DNA from: an uncultured virus (IMG/VR IMGVR_UViG_3300033149_002847) | Taxonomy: Duplodnaviria; Heunggongvirae; Uroviricota; Caudoviricetes | Strand: one strand, 5' to 3' | Length of the DNA stretch: 64,000 bases | IMG/VR virus record: IMGVR_UViG_3300033149_002847 | Part shown: one piece after another, positions 26,125 through 36,121 of the stretch | Layout of the letters: every line of letters starts with the position of its first letter | Numbering within the stretch: the stretch's first letter is position 1 | The notes under the pieces: generated by a model | What the model was told of the DNA's origin: nothing | What the model saw: only the letters and a program-made list of their open reading frames with translations | The model's database searches: none | Translations under genes and position numbers: made by a program

Positions 26125-27596
26125 ACTTTTATCCTTACTATATCATTGATTGATTTGCTAAACTCATCTTCATAACCACCACCAAATTCATCTTCGTTAA
26201 AATCTTCTTCTTGACCTTCCTCTGGTTGTTGTCCTGCTTGCCATGCCTGGAGAACTTGAGGACTCTGAAGACCTGGAACATCAGCCCAGTCTTCCTTGTG
26301 TTCCTTAAGATCGTTTTCACGTCTTATTTCATTCATAGATTTATATGTTTCAAGATCTGACTTAGTAGCTTTTAAAGTCATTTCAGCATCATCTTGCTCA
26401 AAACCATGGAATACTATTCTAAACCTTGAATCTATTTCATCAACATAATTCTGAAAATGTTGCTCTAAAAATGTAAGCGAATTCCCTATTCCTTTATCGT
26501 CTGAGTATTTCCGGCCTTCAGCAGAACCGGACTCCATAATCTTAGCTCCCTTTTCAGACTTTATACCCATAGACTCGATATCAACACCAAAAATAGAACC
26601 AATCGACATATAAAGAGTATCTTGCCAGCGTGAAAACTGCATATCTTGATTAGAAGATCCCATTGCTTGCCACTGAATAGAAGCTTTATCACTTCCCTTC
26701 CCGGAAGGAATTATTGGTATTCCCCATTTTCCTGAAGCTCCCGACACACCACCAGGACCCATAACATCAATTAAGTAGTCCTCAATCTCTTCAACTTCCT
26801 CAAATCCTATATCACCATTAAGCAGCAACATACCTCTAGGTAACTTATCTTCAGTAAAAGCTCCAGCATTAAAATTGAATGAATTAATAAGTGATACCAC
26901 AAGATCAACTGCTTGTTCTATTTTACTATAACCATATCCATAGTGCAAAATATCAGTCCGGGGATTTTGAAATTGGAATAGCATCATTCTATCAGTATAT
27001 TGAGTTTGTACCTGACTATGAATTTGTTGAATATACCGTATATCCTCATCCCCATCATAACCTTCTTCAGTACAGCGAACGATTGTAGCAGCGTCAATAG
27101 CCTCAAAAGCTAATAATTCACCGCCTCTCGTCCAAAGCTTCTCTGAGGCTGTCTGGTCAAGGGTTAGAACATCTCTTAAGATCTTCTTAGTATACATAAT
27201 TAGATTGTCTTCATGATCTTTACTGATCGCTTTACTATTTGCCATTTTAGGGGAATTAGTCGCAAGTATAAACTCTTGTATTTCCTTAGCTTTCTTTTTA
27301 TCTGACTTGGACATTTTTGCATCAGGATCTTTTAGCTCTATTGCAAAGCCTCTTTTACCTTTAGCAGACATAGGCCTCATATAAGGTATTGTCTTGTCAA
27401 TAATATGACCTATTACTGTGTTAAGTAACCAGGCTTTTTCTGCAATCCTCCTGAACAATCTCATAGAGTATTGTTTTTGAGGAGACATTAGCCCCCTGGC
27501 ATAATTACTGTATAAGGGATCATATCTTTTTGACTTAAACTTCTCTTGTCTTTCAAGTGATTTCATTGCTTTTCTCATTTCATTGGGTGATACCAC
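26121..27596 (-). CDS. Portal protein
   Basis: DVLTLD, IDAATI, NPRTD..GYGYSKIE, PRGML, DMQFSRW, MNEIR; directly after TerL. Confidence 0.9.
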   Translation of the reverse strand: MVSPNEMRKAMKSLERQEKFKSKRYDPLYSNYARGLMSPQKQYSMRLFRRIAEKAWLLNTVIGHIIDKTIPYMRPMSAKGKRGFAIELKDPDAKMSKSDKKKAKEIQEFILATNSPKMANSKAISKDHEDNLIMYTKKILRDVLTLDQTASEKLWTRGGELLAFEAIDAATIVRCTEEGYDGDEDIRYIQQIHSQVQTQYTDRMMLFQFQNPRTDILHYGYGYSKIEQAVDLVVSLINSFNFNAGAFTEDKLPRGMLLLNGDIGFEEVEEIEDYLIDVMGPGGVSGASGKWGIPIIPSGKGSDKASIQWQAMGSSNQDMQFSRWQDTLYMSIGSIFGVDIESMGIKSEKGAKIMESGSAEGRKYSDDKGIGNSLTFLEQHFQNYVDEIDSRFRIVFHGFEQDDAEMTLKATKSDLETYKSMNEIRRENDLKEHKEDWADVPGLQSPQVLQAWQAGQQPEEGQEEDFNEDEFGGGYEDEFSKSINDIVRIKV

Positions 27597-29184
27597 GGTT
27601 TCGCCTCCTGCCAGCGTTAATCATTCTATCTAATTCAGCATTTCCAGTATTAGCTTTTTTTCGTTTAGTTACAATATTAGTTTTTTGCTTTTTATATCCC
27701 TCGTAAAACCTGGACTTACGGCCTTCACTATCTTCTATCCCTACAGTAGCCAAGGCCAGTGACCAGAATTTATCAGCATGAGAATCTTTTGTAGATCCAT
27801 CGTACTTACTATATTTCATAGCCGTGAGAGTTTTTCGGATAGAATGAATATCTGCATGTAATCTCCGGTTCATTGGAAATACATACTCTCTTCTTTCACA
27901 TCCCAAGTATACTTTGTTAGCCATATCTTCTTTGGATTCATTAGTAAATTGAACACCATGAGCAACTAAAGGGAATTTCTTCTCAGCCCATTCAGCAAAT
28001 TCCATACCTAGACCATTTCTATCTATCAAGAATTGCCTTATTGGAAGAGAATTCAGGGCAAGGGTTACAAATTCCCTTTGTTCATCAAAAGGTGTATTCT
28101 TTAGATCGTAACTCATCCATATATGCTTTTTACCGTCCTTAACTCCGATCAAAGTAAATACTGAAGCATCTTTTGTACGTCCCATATCCCACCCGGCATA
28201 CAAAAACCCGTGAATTTCGGGATCATAAGCAGGAGCCGTTACACTTTCAAATATAGGTTTTCCGTCTGGAGTGAACCCTGTACATATTTCAGGTATATTA
28301 ACACCCTTTAGAAATTCACTTATATTCTGGTATTCATACTGCTCTACATCTTGAGGGGTACAGGACATTATCATTTCAAGACTTATAAAGGCCTCTGAAT
28401 CATCAGTGAATTCACATTCAAACTCTTGTTTGAATGAGGAAAGAGGCATTGAAGCAAATATTTCTTTAAGTGTATCTGTTCCAAATCTTTCCACTCTTTC
28501 CCATATAGTCATACCAGAAGCTTCAGCAATAGCCATTTTAACATCTTTACAGAGTGCTTCAGCCCAAAACCAAGGAATAGTTAATCTTGTATAGCTCTTA
28601 TATCGCTCTTTTTCTGAAAGTATTTCGTAAAATTTCCCAGACTTAGACAGTGGAGTAGATCCTATTGAAAGCAAACCACCTCTGGTTAAACAGGGAAGTG
28701 CCGATGTGTATATATTTTCATCATCTTGATGGAAGGCAAATTCATCTAAACTTATACCACCGAAAGGGTTAGAGGTTCCGAATCCTCTTAATCCTCTATT
28801 AGGTAATGATATTAATTGTGATTTACTTTTTTTGCCTTTATCCCAGAATTCCAATGATGTTTTAGAATCAGTTGCTAGAGGTTTTATCCATTCTTCAGGC
28901 ATATTCATGAGTGCATTTCTTGCATCACTTATTTTATTTACAGCATCATGCATCCCGTAGGAAACAAAAACATTCTGATATTTAGAAACATCTGGGGCAT
29001 TAGCCTCTATAACACTTTTTAATGATGTTATATAAGACCAACCTATACGCCTTGATTTGTTGACTATTAGAAATTTTTCACTTGCTTTAAGATACCAGTC
29101 TTGCCAAAAATCCAACTTAAACTCTGGATTCATCTCCGTAAGTGCAGCAGTAGCTATAATTGATTTCTGTTCACCGGTCCACAT
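27580..29184 (-). CDS. terL: Terminase large subunit
   Basis: KSRRIGWS (Walker A), LDEFAF, STP, FKQEFECEF, GWDMGRTKD, IDRNGLG, HADKFWSLAL. Confidence 0.93.
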   Translation of the reverse strand: MWTGEQKSIIATAALTEMNPEFKLDFWQDWYLKASEKFLIVNKSRRIGWSYITSLKSVIEANAPDVSKYQNVFVSYGMHDAVNKISDARNALMNMPEEWIKPLATDSKTSLEFWDKGKKSKSQLISLPNRGLRGFGTSNPFGGISLDEFAFHQDDENIYTSALPCLTRGGLLSIGSTPLSKSGKFYEILSEKERYKSYTRLTIPWFWAEALCKDVKMAIAEASGMTIWERVERFGTDTLKEIFASMPLSSFKQEFECEFTDDSEAFISLEMIMSCTPQDVEQYEYQNISEFLKGVNIPEICTGFTPDGKPIFESVTAPAYDPEIHGFLYAGWDMGRTKDASVFTLIGVKDGKKHIWMSYDLKNTPFDEQREFVTLALNSLPIRQFLIDRNGLGMEFAEWAEKKFPLVAHGVQFTNESKEDMANKVYLGCERREYVFPMNRRLHADIHSIRKTLTAMKYSKYDGSTKDSHADKFWSLALATVGIEDSEGRKSRFYEGYKKQKTNIVTKRKKANTGNAELDRMINAGRRRNRGITQ

Positions 29185-29190
29185 AATCTA

Positions 29191-29219
29191 AGTATATATG
29201 TTTTAGGAATAAATATAAA
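29191..29219 (-). promoter_or_regulatory. Promoter for a leaderless terL mRNA
   Basis: TTTATA-17-TATACT-TAGATT-ATG; no SD. Confidence 0.5.
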
Positions 29220-29231
29220 CCCTATAAGGAG

Positions 29232-29456
29232 TTAGATTATTCTCTCTTTCCATAGTTCACAAGATCCATGCTTTCTATCTGATATCATACCAGTATAATC
29301 TTTATCTGTATAATGAAAAACTATGCAAGCATATAAGCCTGATTCTTCTAATACAGAACCCTTAAACGGTTCTTTATTCCAAGGATGCTTTGTTAAGGCT
29401 AAATAATGTATACATTCACAACAACACTGGCCTTTATAACCTTTATCACAGCTCAT
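29232..29456 (-). CDS. Cys-rich hypothetical protein
   Basis: CCCEC...C...CELW. Confidence 0.55.
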   Translation of the reverse strand: MSCDKGYKGQCCCECIHYLALTKHPWNKEPFKGSVLEESGLYACIVFHYTDKDYTGMISDRKHGSCELWKERII

Positions 29457-29664
29457 TATCTTCTCTAATAATATTGTATTTTTCTTCTAACTCATACATT
29501 TGATACTCTTCAGGGTCTGAGTAGTCACATTCACCTTCTTGACACTCTACATACCATAGCCCTGTAGCTGTATCGCCATGTACTCCCTCTTCATAAAAAG
29601 CATATAGTAAAGATCCACAAACAGGACAATTATTATCTAATTCTTTCACTGGCTGGATTTTCAT
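29446..29664 (-). CDS. Zinc-ribbon hypothetical protein
   Basis: CPVCG...C..C. Confidence 0.55.
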   Translation of the reverse strand: MKIQPVKELDNNCPVCGSLLYAFYEEGVHGDTATGLWYVECQEGECDYSDPEEYQMYELEEKYNIIREDNEL

Positions 29665-29769
29665 GACTTCCTCTCTATCCCATTAAAATACAATCTATCC
29701 ATCACATACATGCAGCAGGGGCATATATTATTATCCATATTGAATTTAAACTGACAACCTTTGCATGGA

Positions 29770-30576
29770 TTATTCACCCTTTGCTTCCTTAAATTTTGGT
29801 GTATTATCTTTTATACTATTTGTAAAAGTTGTTAATTGAGATATACACATATTTAAATTTTCTTCCATCTCTGGTAAAAACATAGATTTCAACTCCTTTA
29901 GTCTATCTTTAATATCATATTTCAAATTCCATGTGCGATTTGTATTAATTCCTGAATCTGTTAAAACTTGTTTAATAATTGCATATTCTTCATTCTCTTT
30001 TTTTAGTCTTCTATTCTCTTCATCTACAAGTTCTATTTTTTCACGTATAATCTTCTGGAGAGTTTTGGATACTTTATATCCTAGTTCTGCATAATATTTT
30101 TTAGTTTTTAACCAATTCTCCCAAAACTCAGCTTTTGTCTCTTCATTGTAAAAACGATTATTATTTGTTATTTCTGCTCTGCTTATTAAAATATATTTAT
30201 ATATATCAGCAGGAATATCAACATTAATATAAGTTGCCTTTTTCTTTTTATAAAGACGTTTACCGTTTTTGGAAGTCCAATATAAACCTATGTTTTCTGG
30301 AAGTTCAGATGGATCTATCAATCCAGCAGGACATACAAAATAAAAACAATTACAGTATTTCAGGTAATGGTGCCATTTTTCATCTTGCATATAATCAGAC
30401 CTGGAAACTTTTATTTCATACCCTGTAACCATAGGATTTGCATAACTGCGAGCTATTGCAAGACCATCAAGTTTTAGAAGTCCCTCAACATAACTTTGAC
30501 CATTTTTACATTCAGGAACGTAGACATCTTTAGAGTGTTTTCTTTTTAACAATGCCTGTATGTCATGTGCTGTCAT
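29770..30576 (-). CDS. MmcB-like PD-(D/E)xK nuclease
   Basis: KLDGLA...GYEIKVSRSDY..DEKW..YL.YCNCFYFVCP. Confidence 0.8.
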   Translation of the reverse strand: MTAHDIQALLKRKHSKDVYVPECKNGQSYVEGLLKLDGLAIARSYANPMVTGYEIKVSRSDYMQDEKWHHYLKYCNCFYFVCPAGLIDPSELPENIGLYWTSKNGKRLYKKKKATYINVDIPADIYKYILISRAEITNNNRFYNEETKAEFWENWLKTKKYYAELGYKVSKTLQKIIREKIELVDEENRRLKKENEEYAIIKQVLTDSGINTNRTWNLKYDIKDRLKELKSMFLPEMEENLNMCISQLTTFTNSIKDNTPKFKEAKGE

Positions 30577-30669
30577 ACTCCCTCCAACACGTAAATCAAA
30601 GTTTTCTCTGGTTTATATTCAATATCCAAAGGATCGTATAATGTTGTTTCCTTAAACTCTTCTCTTATA

Positions 30670-30888
30670 TTATCCATTATATTTTATTCCTTGGCATAAT
30701 TTTATTATTTTAATACACTCAGGACAAGTAACCACTTTTTTATTAGTAGGGAATAGCTCTCCTCCGTTGTTAGAGTCTATAAGATCATATGCTAAACCGC
30801 ATAATGTAAACTCACCACCCATAAGTACAGAATTTATTAAATGAACTCCATTTTTATTCTTTAAATACTCTTCTATTTCAACTTTCAT
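30670..30888 (-). CDS. Zinc-finger hypothetical protein
   Basis: VH...TLCG...VTCPEC. Confidence 0.55.
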   Translation of the reverse strand: MKVEIEEYLKNKNGVHLINSVLMGGEFTLCGLAYDLIDSNNGGELFPTNKKVVTCPECIKIIKLCQGIKYNG

Positions 30889-31144
30889 TTTTTATATTCT
30901 CCCATGTGTCGTTGTAGACTTTTTCTATTATTTTTATTTCTTTTTTAAATAATTTTTCGATTTGTTTTGATGTTCTTGAAGATCCATAATCCTGTTTTAA
31001 TAAATCAATATAACTAAGTGTTAGTTTTTCTAACGCCTCAATAGCCTCTTTGTAGTCTGCTTCGAGTCGTCTTACAGGATCTTCAGGACATAATTGATAA
31101 TTACCAGTTAATACTTTAATAGTCTCTATACGTTTAATCTCCAT
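30878..31144 (-). CDS. Hypothetical protein
   Basis: Coupled ORF. Confidence 0.55.
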   Translation of the reverse strand: MEIKRIETIKVLTGNYQLCPEDPVRRLEADYKEAIEALEKLTLSYIDLLKQDYGSSRTSKQIEKLFKKEIKIIEKVYNDTWENIKNES

Positions 31145-31145
31145 T

Positions 31146-31658
31146 TTACACCTCTTTAAATTTATATTCCGGATATTGAGTTAAAAACAGTGATCTTTTA
31201 AGAGAATAAACTGAAGTTCTTACACCTTTCACATCTACCACTATCTTTTTACCGTTTTCAATATACATAAAGTCTGCAATATATCTTCTGGCAGCTAACT
31301 TTTTCCCATTCCATTTTACTGAAGGACATATTTCAAATTTGGGTTGTAAAACTAGATCCGTTATTAATCCGACATTTTCCATTATTTTCAATTCTGAATA
31401 ATAATTAGCCTCTTTCTTCGAGTCGAACTTAGTATTATCCACCACTGTTTTAATATTATTATATTTTGATTTCTTTTCTGGAAGAGAGATATTGCCTTTT
31501 ATATAAATTATTTTACCGCTTATTAGTAGACCATTTACTTCTTGATAACTATATTCTCTATTACCTAAATGAGAAAATAATTCTTCCCTAGTCATAGCTC
31601 CGTGTTCTTTAAGGACTGCTATTATTGAAGATATTGTATTACTCATACTTCCACCCAA
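31146..31658 (-). CDS. DUF1064 family endonuclease with N-terminal extension
   Basis: SKYNN...FDSKKEA..Y, LQPKF, YIADF.Y, VVDVKG. Confidence 0.8.
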   Translation of the reverse strand: MGGSMSNTISSIIAVLKEHGAMTREELFSHLGNREYSYQEVNGLLISGKIIYIKGNISLPEKKSKYNNIKTVVDNTKFDSKKEANYYSELKIMENVGLITDLVLQPKFEICPSVKWNGKKLAARRYIADFMYIENGKKIVVDVKGVRTSVYSLKRSLFLTQYPEYKFKEV

Positions 31659-31924
31659 TTTCCGTTATATTCCACTAAAGATTCAAAATTAGGATATCTA
31701 CACTCTTTAAGTTTATTCAAAGCTTTTATTATTACATCTATAGATTTGTCTGTTTTAAATTCCATTGCCATTATAGGCTCTGTAGGATCATCCCATGATA
31801 GAGACTCTCCTGGTTTATGTTTTACTGGCAACCTACCTAGTGTAACGGCTAAAGCTTTTGTTGTACTATTTCGTTGTATCCCTACTGCAATTGAACCATC
31901 AAAGATTAAAGTTGAATATCTCAT
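31643..31924 (-). CDS. Hypothetical protein
   Basis: Coupled ORF. Confidence 0.55.
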   Translation of the reverse strand: MRYSTLIFDGSIAVGIQRNSTTKALAVTLGRLPVKHKPGESLSWDDPTEPIMAMEFKTDKSIDVIIKALNKLKECRYPNFESLVEYNGNWVEV

Positions 31925-32295
31925 CCTTTCAACCTAAAATCTTTTATTGCTTCAGGTTTTGTTCTAGCCCAGAAAGTTACTTTTTCAATTACACCCATAT
32001 CATAAAATATGGATTTTTTAGCCATTTTAAACGATTTATGATATTCAGACACTTCTGTTTCATCACCACAAGAAGGACAATATTGATAATCTTTTTTTAA
32101 TATCTCAAAACAAGTAGGGCAGCGCATCGGGACCCCTTCTATTACCCATACCAATTCAGCTATATACATTACAGGCTTATCTAGTTTTTCTATACTACCC
32201 TCTAGCCTTTCAAAAGCTTCTTGAGGAGAAATAGTAAATAACCCCTCATTGGTCGCTCTTTCGCATGTTACAGTAACGCCAGTTGCTGTTGCCAT
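31921..32295 (-). CDS. Zinc-ribbon hypothetical protein
   Basis: CPTC...YCPSCG; SD AAGGAGAG. Confidence 0.6.
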   Translation of the reverse strand: MATATGVTVTCERATNEGLFTISPQEAFERLEGSIEKLDKPVMYIAELVWVIEGVPMRCPTCFEILKKDYQYCPSCGDETEVSEYHKSFKMAKKSIFYDMGVIEKVTFWARTKPEAIKDFRLKG

Positions 32296-32436
32296 AATCT
32301 CTCCTTTTTACTACCAACTATTTCCCCTTGGATTTCAACTCATCAATAGCAGCCTGTTTTTTATGATCATAATCTCCCCATTTACGGATTGATCTTTCAA
32401 GTTTTCTAATTTTATCTTCTGTTGTTAGTTTCTTTT

Positions 32437-32640
32437 TCATGAATCCTCCATTGGAGTAACCATTACAGAGGATATTTGATCTACACATATTACTAATGTA
32501 TTTTTACCAGGTGACAGAATACTATACCATCTACCTACTAAAGCTTTATCTGCAAACTCATGAGGTTCATAATTAGCATCTATTTCACTACTAGGGGTTG
32601 AACCATCTTTCATCATAAAGTCTAATTTTAATTTATTCAT
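32437..32640 (-). CDS. Hypothetical protein
   Basis: Start re-assigned to MNKLKL after AAAGGAG. Confidence 0.6.
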   Translation of the reverse strand: MNKLKLDFMMKDGSTPSSEIDANYEPHEFADKALVGRWYSILSPGKNTLVICVDQISSVMVTPMEDS

Positions 32641-32661
32641 ATATGCTTCTCCTTTATAATC

Positions 32662-32690
32662 ATTATACACTTGTTAACATGTAAAATCAA
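32662..32690 (-). promoter_or_regulatory. Early-type promoter, motif variant
   Basis: TTGATT-TTACATGTTAACAAGTG-TATAAT. Confidence 0.7.
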
Positions 32691-32695
32691 GCGTA

Positions 32696-33061
32696 TTACT
32701 TCTTATCATGAATAGTGCCAATTATTTCAAGCATTGAAGAAGTAGGCATATCTGAAAACCAAAATATACCTTTCTGGGTGTCTAAATAATAATGACCATT
32801 TTTATATTTTACAGTGCAAGTGTATTTTATGTATTTGATTATATCACCCTTAAAAATATCCTCTCCATGCATATCAACTTTATCAATACCTGGCTCAACT
32901 ATCCAGTCCTTATCATGAAAAACATGTCCCATATTATACATACATTCTGGGTCACTTTCTGCTACAAAATACATGTCATTCTTTTCTTCCACCCACTTTA
33001 AATAAAACATTATTTTTGCTTTGTCATGCTTATGTATTGCCCTGAATTTATATTCCTCCAT
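32696..33061 (-). CDS. YopX family protein
   Basis: YKFRA...DMHGEDIFKGDII...LEIIGTIHD. Confidence 0.75.
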   Translation of the reverse strand: MEEYKFRAIHKHDKAKIMFYLKWVEEKNDMYFVAESDPECMYNMGHVFHDKDWIVEPGIDKVDMHGEDIFKGDIIKYIKYTCTVKYKNGHYYLDTQKGIFWFSDMPTSSMLEIIGTIHDKK

Positions 33062-33072
33062 GTGATCTCCTT

Positions 33073-33804
33073 TTATATTTCTGGCAGCTCTGCCATTCTA
33101 CAAAGCTCTTCAGAATTACTACTCTTCATTGCTATTGTTACCCTTTCTGTTATTTGACTTATTTGTTTTTCTATTGAAATTGTACCACCCTCTTTTGCAG
33201 CTTTACTAAGTGCTTCTCTTTTGAATTTGTTTTCTAATTCTGCTTGAGTGGTTTCAAGAATCATCTTCACTATGCCTTCAAGTTTACCAATTGATTTTAG
33301 TAACAGTTCCCTGGGATCTGCTTGTTTGGTTGTTATATTTCTAATTATAAATCCACCTGCTTCAACAGCATGTATCATTTCCTGAAGAGAGGCTTTTTTC
33401 ATTATTTTTTCTAATCTGCCTGTTTCAGGATCTGTCTCTTGATAGGTTATATCTATCTCTTCACCTCTGGGACCAAGGAAGTATTTGTTAGGATCATCAG
33501 GATCGGTTAACCAGGCATCACAAGCCTGTACCAATTTATGTACCAAAGTTATATCTGCTTCGACTTGCTTAATTAGGGAGTCTCCTACTAATCCTTTTTC
33601 TTCATTAACCCTCTGAAGCATCCCACCCATACATTCTGATTTATGCCTTAGAAGAGTATTCCTTGTTATCCCTGATAATCTTACAATACTAGTGATTGAA
33701 TCACCATTCATGAGCATCCTGTTGATTAAAACAACACTCTTGCTGTCACATACTTTACATGTTTTTCTTTTCTGTCCTTTAGGTGTCATAATTATATAGT
33801 ACAA
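33073..33804 (-). CDS. Zn-finger/HTH protein, candidate small terminase
   Basis: CKVC...INRML..G.SI...LLRHKSEC followed by a helical body; not adjacent to TerL. Confidence 0.4.
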   Translation of the reverse strand: MYYIIMTPKGQKRKTCKVCDSKSVVLINRMLMNGDSITSIVRLSGITRNTLLRHKSECMGGMLQRVNEEKGLVGDSLIKQVEADITLVHKLVQACDAWLTDPDDPNKYFLGPRGEEIDITYQETDPETGRLEKIMKKASLQEMIHAVEAGGFIIRNITTKQADPRELLLKSIGKLEGIVKMILETTQAELENKFKREALSKAAKEGGTISIEKQISQITERVTIAMKSSNSEELCRMAELPEI

Positions 33805-33880
33805 TCTCTCCTTTAAGTGGTCAAGTTATGATTATTTATGATCAATCATCATCTTATATAAATAGTTACATAATATAGAG

Positions 33881-34204
33881 TTAAGTATGATCTTCTTTTT
33901 CCTCTATGACACTATTGTCAATTTTTTCACTATTTTCTGATGATTTGATTAAATTTTGATCATTTTCTGACACTTCTGTCAGTTTATTATCAATAATCTC
34001 TTTTTTCTTTACCTTATAACTCTTTACTACAACACGACTTACGGTACTTTCTACATGATTGACAAATGCATCACAATTAAAGTCGTTTTTGTCAACGATA
34101 CCTGTTATAATGCCGTCCCTAATGTGAATCAGGACCGACCCATAGTTTCCTTTTCTCATCTTTTGTGTTAGATGTTTGATTACATGCTCTATCTGTACAG
34201 TCAT
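33881..34204 (-). CDS. Hypothetical protein (YezD/DUF2292-like motif)
   Basis: YGSVLIHIRDGII. Confidence 0.45.
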   Translation of the reverse strand: MTVQIEHVIKHLTQKMRKGNYGSVLIHIRDGIITGIVDKNDFNCDAFVNHVESTVSRVVVKSYKVKKKEIIDNKLTEVSENDQNLIKSSENSEKIDNSVIEEKEDHT

Positions 34205-34346
34205 GAATAAGATAAACCTCCACTATTCTACCTGAAGCCTGGACACCTCTAACAGGTGAAGGATCACACTTTAGTGATCCTTCTTTCCTAGTCTCTATGT
34301 ATTTTACCTCATTATGACAATAATTACAAAGGGTTTGATCAGCCAT
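34119..34346 (-). CDS. Hypothetical Cys/His protein
   Basis: CNYC...HDC. Confidence 0.5.
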   Translation of the reverse strand: MADQTLCNYCHNEVKYIETRKEGSLKCDPSPVRGVQASGRIVEVYLIHDCTDRACNQTSNTKDEKRKLWVGPDSH

Positions 34347-34498
34347 TCTAATCAGCCTCTATTTTAAACAGAGTACTACATCCATCATAAAATATTTCAC
34401 CTGAATTTTCTGGATCATCTGGAGTTTCTAAGTAATCCCCACAACTAGGACATTCAACTACATATCTTGTCTCTTCACTAAAATCAGATAGTTTTATT

Positions 34499-34696
34499 TT
34501 ACTCACCACTTCCACCCTTACATATTCTTAATTCAATATGATCATAATACTTTGAATCTCCAGAAGGTATATCACTGGTTAGAAATATTTCTGTTAAATC
34601 TTTAATAGTCACATTTTCATCTACATTCAAGGCTACTATTCTTTTCTCTCCATGATCACCTAAGTTTTGAGTTATATGTAATAATACACTAATCAT
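34499..34696 (-). CDS. Hypothetical protein
   Basis: SD GGGAG, coupled ORF. Confidence 0.5.
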   Translation of the reverse strand: MISVLLHITQNLGDHGEKRIVALNVDENVTIKDLTEIFLTSDIPSGDSKYYDHIELRICKGGSGE

Positions 34697-35018
34697 TTAT
34701 TTCTCCCTTTTTATCTGTTTTAGGCATAACCGACAAATCAACATAATATGGTCCATTCAGCTTTATAGTATAGGCCTTTCGTCCATGGGGTTTATCCATA
34801 GCTTTGTCATATTTAGGTTCGTCAAATTCAGCTCTCATATCATATTTCTCTCTTAGCTCTTCCACTAAAACTTCTGGATCTTCAGCATCTTCTACCCATG
34901 GAACGGCTAATAAATCAAGATCCCTATTCATTGATCCATGGAGGGTTAAAGCATAACCGTGTTTTTCTGCAATCTTTTTCATACCGATGTATAAAACAGT
35001 ATATACAGGTGCTATCAT
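34689..35018 (-). CDS. Minimal nucleotidyltransferase-like phage protein
   Basis: HGS...RDLDLLAVPW, VDLS (GS..DxD..D pattern). Confidence 0.5.
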   Translation of the reverse strand: MIAPVYTVLYIGMKKIAEKHGYALTLHGSMNRDLDLLAVPWVEDAEDPEVLVEELREKYDMRAEFDEPKYDKAMDKPHGRKAYTIKLNGPYYVDLSVMPKTDKKGEIND

Positions 35019-35701
35019 TTTTTCTCTCCATAAAGATGATTTTTACCTGCTTCAATATCATCAAAGAGTACGGGTACCAATTCCCTTAATTCTCTTAAAA
35101 GTGGAATCATAAGTTTTCTTATTTGGGGATGAGCTGCATGTGCTGTCCGGAGTTTTAAAATATGTCTCCACTCTCTGATATTTGCAGTTACTATAATCTC
35201 AGTCTTTAGAGAGTTAGGTAATACTGACCTTGCTTCCTGGGGAGGACATCCTAATTCAATCATATCTTGATAGGCCTCTTCGGTTCTTTTCATAGCTCTA
35301 TTCCAGATATTAAATCTTTTCAAGTTCTTATCAAAGTTTCCTTGAATATCCTTAGAAACGGATTGTATATTTCCCCAATCAAATACAGGTCTTATAAACT
35401 CAGTATCACCATAGTACTTAACATATCGGGTGGACTCTTGAGCAAAAGAAGCAACCCTATGTCTAACAAGTTCATGTGTAACACCTCTATCTGTAATAAA
35501 TCGTACAGTGATATTACCATGTTCAATCATGGCTTCATGACCTCTTTTGATTAACATCCTACAGAACCCTTCAGCTGACTCATCAGTTATCTTATTTTCT
35601 GACTTATAACAAGTTCGTCCTGCAAGCTCTATCATTTCTGGTATATCTATAATCTCTTTTATTGGAGTTAATATTATATGACTCTGATCAATTATTTTCA
35701 T
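35015..35701 (-). CDS. thyX: FAD-dependent thymidylate synthase
   Basis: GHEAMIEH, THELVRHRVASFAQESTRY, EARSVLP, NIREWRH, AHPQIR. Confidence 0.95.
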   Translation of the reverse strand: MKIIDQSHIILTPIKEIIDIPEMIELAGRTCYKSENKITDESAEGFCRMLIKRGHEAMIEHGNITVRFITDRGVTHELVRHRVASFAQESTRYVKYYGDTEFIRPVFDWGNIQSVSKDIQGNFDKNLKRFNIWNRAMKRTEEAYQDMIELGCPPQEARSVLPNSLKTEIIVTANIREWRHILKLRTAHAAHPQIRKLMIPLLRELRELVPVLFDDIEAGKNHLYGEKK

Positions 35702-35939
35702 TTTGTCCTCTCCTTTTTATTCTATCTATCTCAAATTGGATATAAGTCTTTGCCTTCTCAAGATCTTCAATTTCCTTTTCTGGATTCTTAATACCACCCC
35801 GACAAATATATTTTACTATCGATCCCCTAGAAAAATTAAGATCCCATGATTCTATAAACTTGATTACTTCTATACCCTTATTGTAATAATCAGGGTGTTC
35901 TACTTCAGCCATTGCTTTGTTCTCCTTTTTCTTTTTCAT
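35688..35939 (-). CDS. DUF3310 (SaV-like) protein
   Basis: VEHPDYY..GIEVI.FI, VKYICR...K, EDLEKA..Y. Confidence 0.85.
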   Translation of the reverse strand: MKKKKENKAMAEVEHPDYYNKGIEVIKFIESWDLNFSRGSIVKYICRGGIKNPEKEIEDLEKAKTYIQFEIDRIKRRGQNENN

Positions 35940-36121
35940 TTTCTTTTTCTTTTATTCCATGCCTTATTTGCTAAAGCCTGAGTAGGATACCATCCAGTTT
36001 GAATCATACAGTTATTACAAATAACCTTATATTGCTTTCCAGGGTATCCAATACTGAAATGTTCTCTGGCTCTATAATTGCAGAAAGGACAAGTTTTTAA
36101 TCTACTCACAATTTGCACCAA
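35936..36121 (-). CDS. Lar-family restriction alleviation protein
   Basis: LKTCPFC...VICNNC...AWNKR. Confidence 0.7.
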   Translation of the reverse strand: MVQIVSRLKTCPFCNYRAREHFSIGYPGKQYKVICNNCMIQTGWYPTQALANKAWNKRKRK

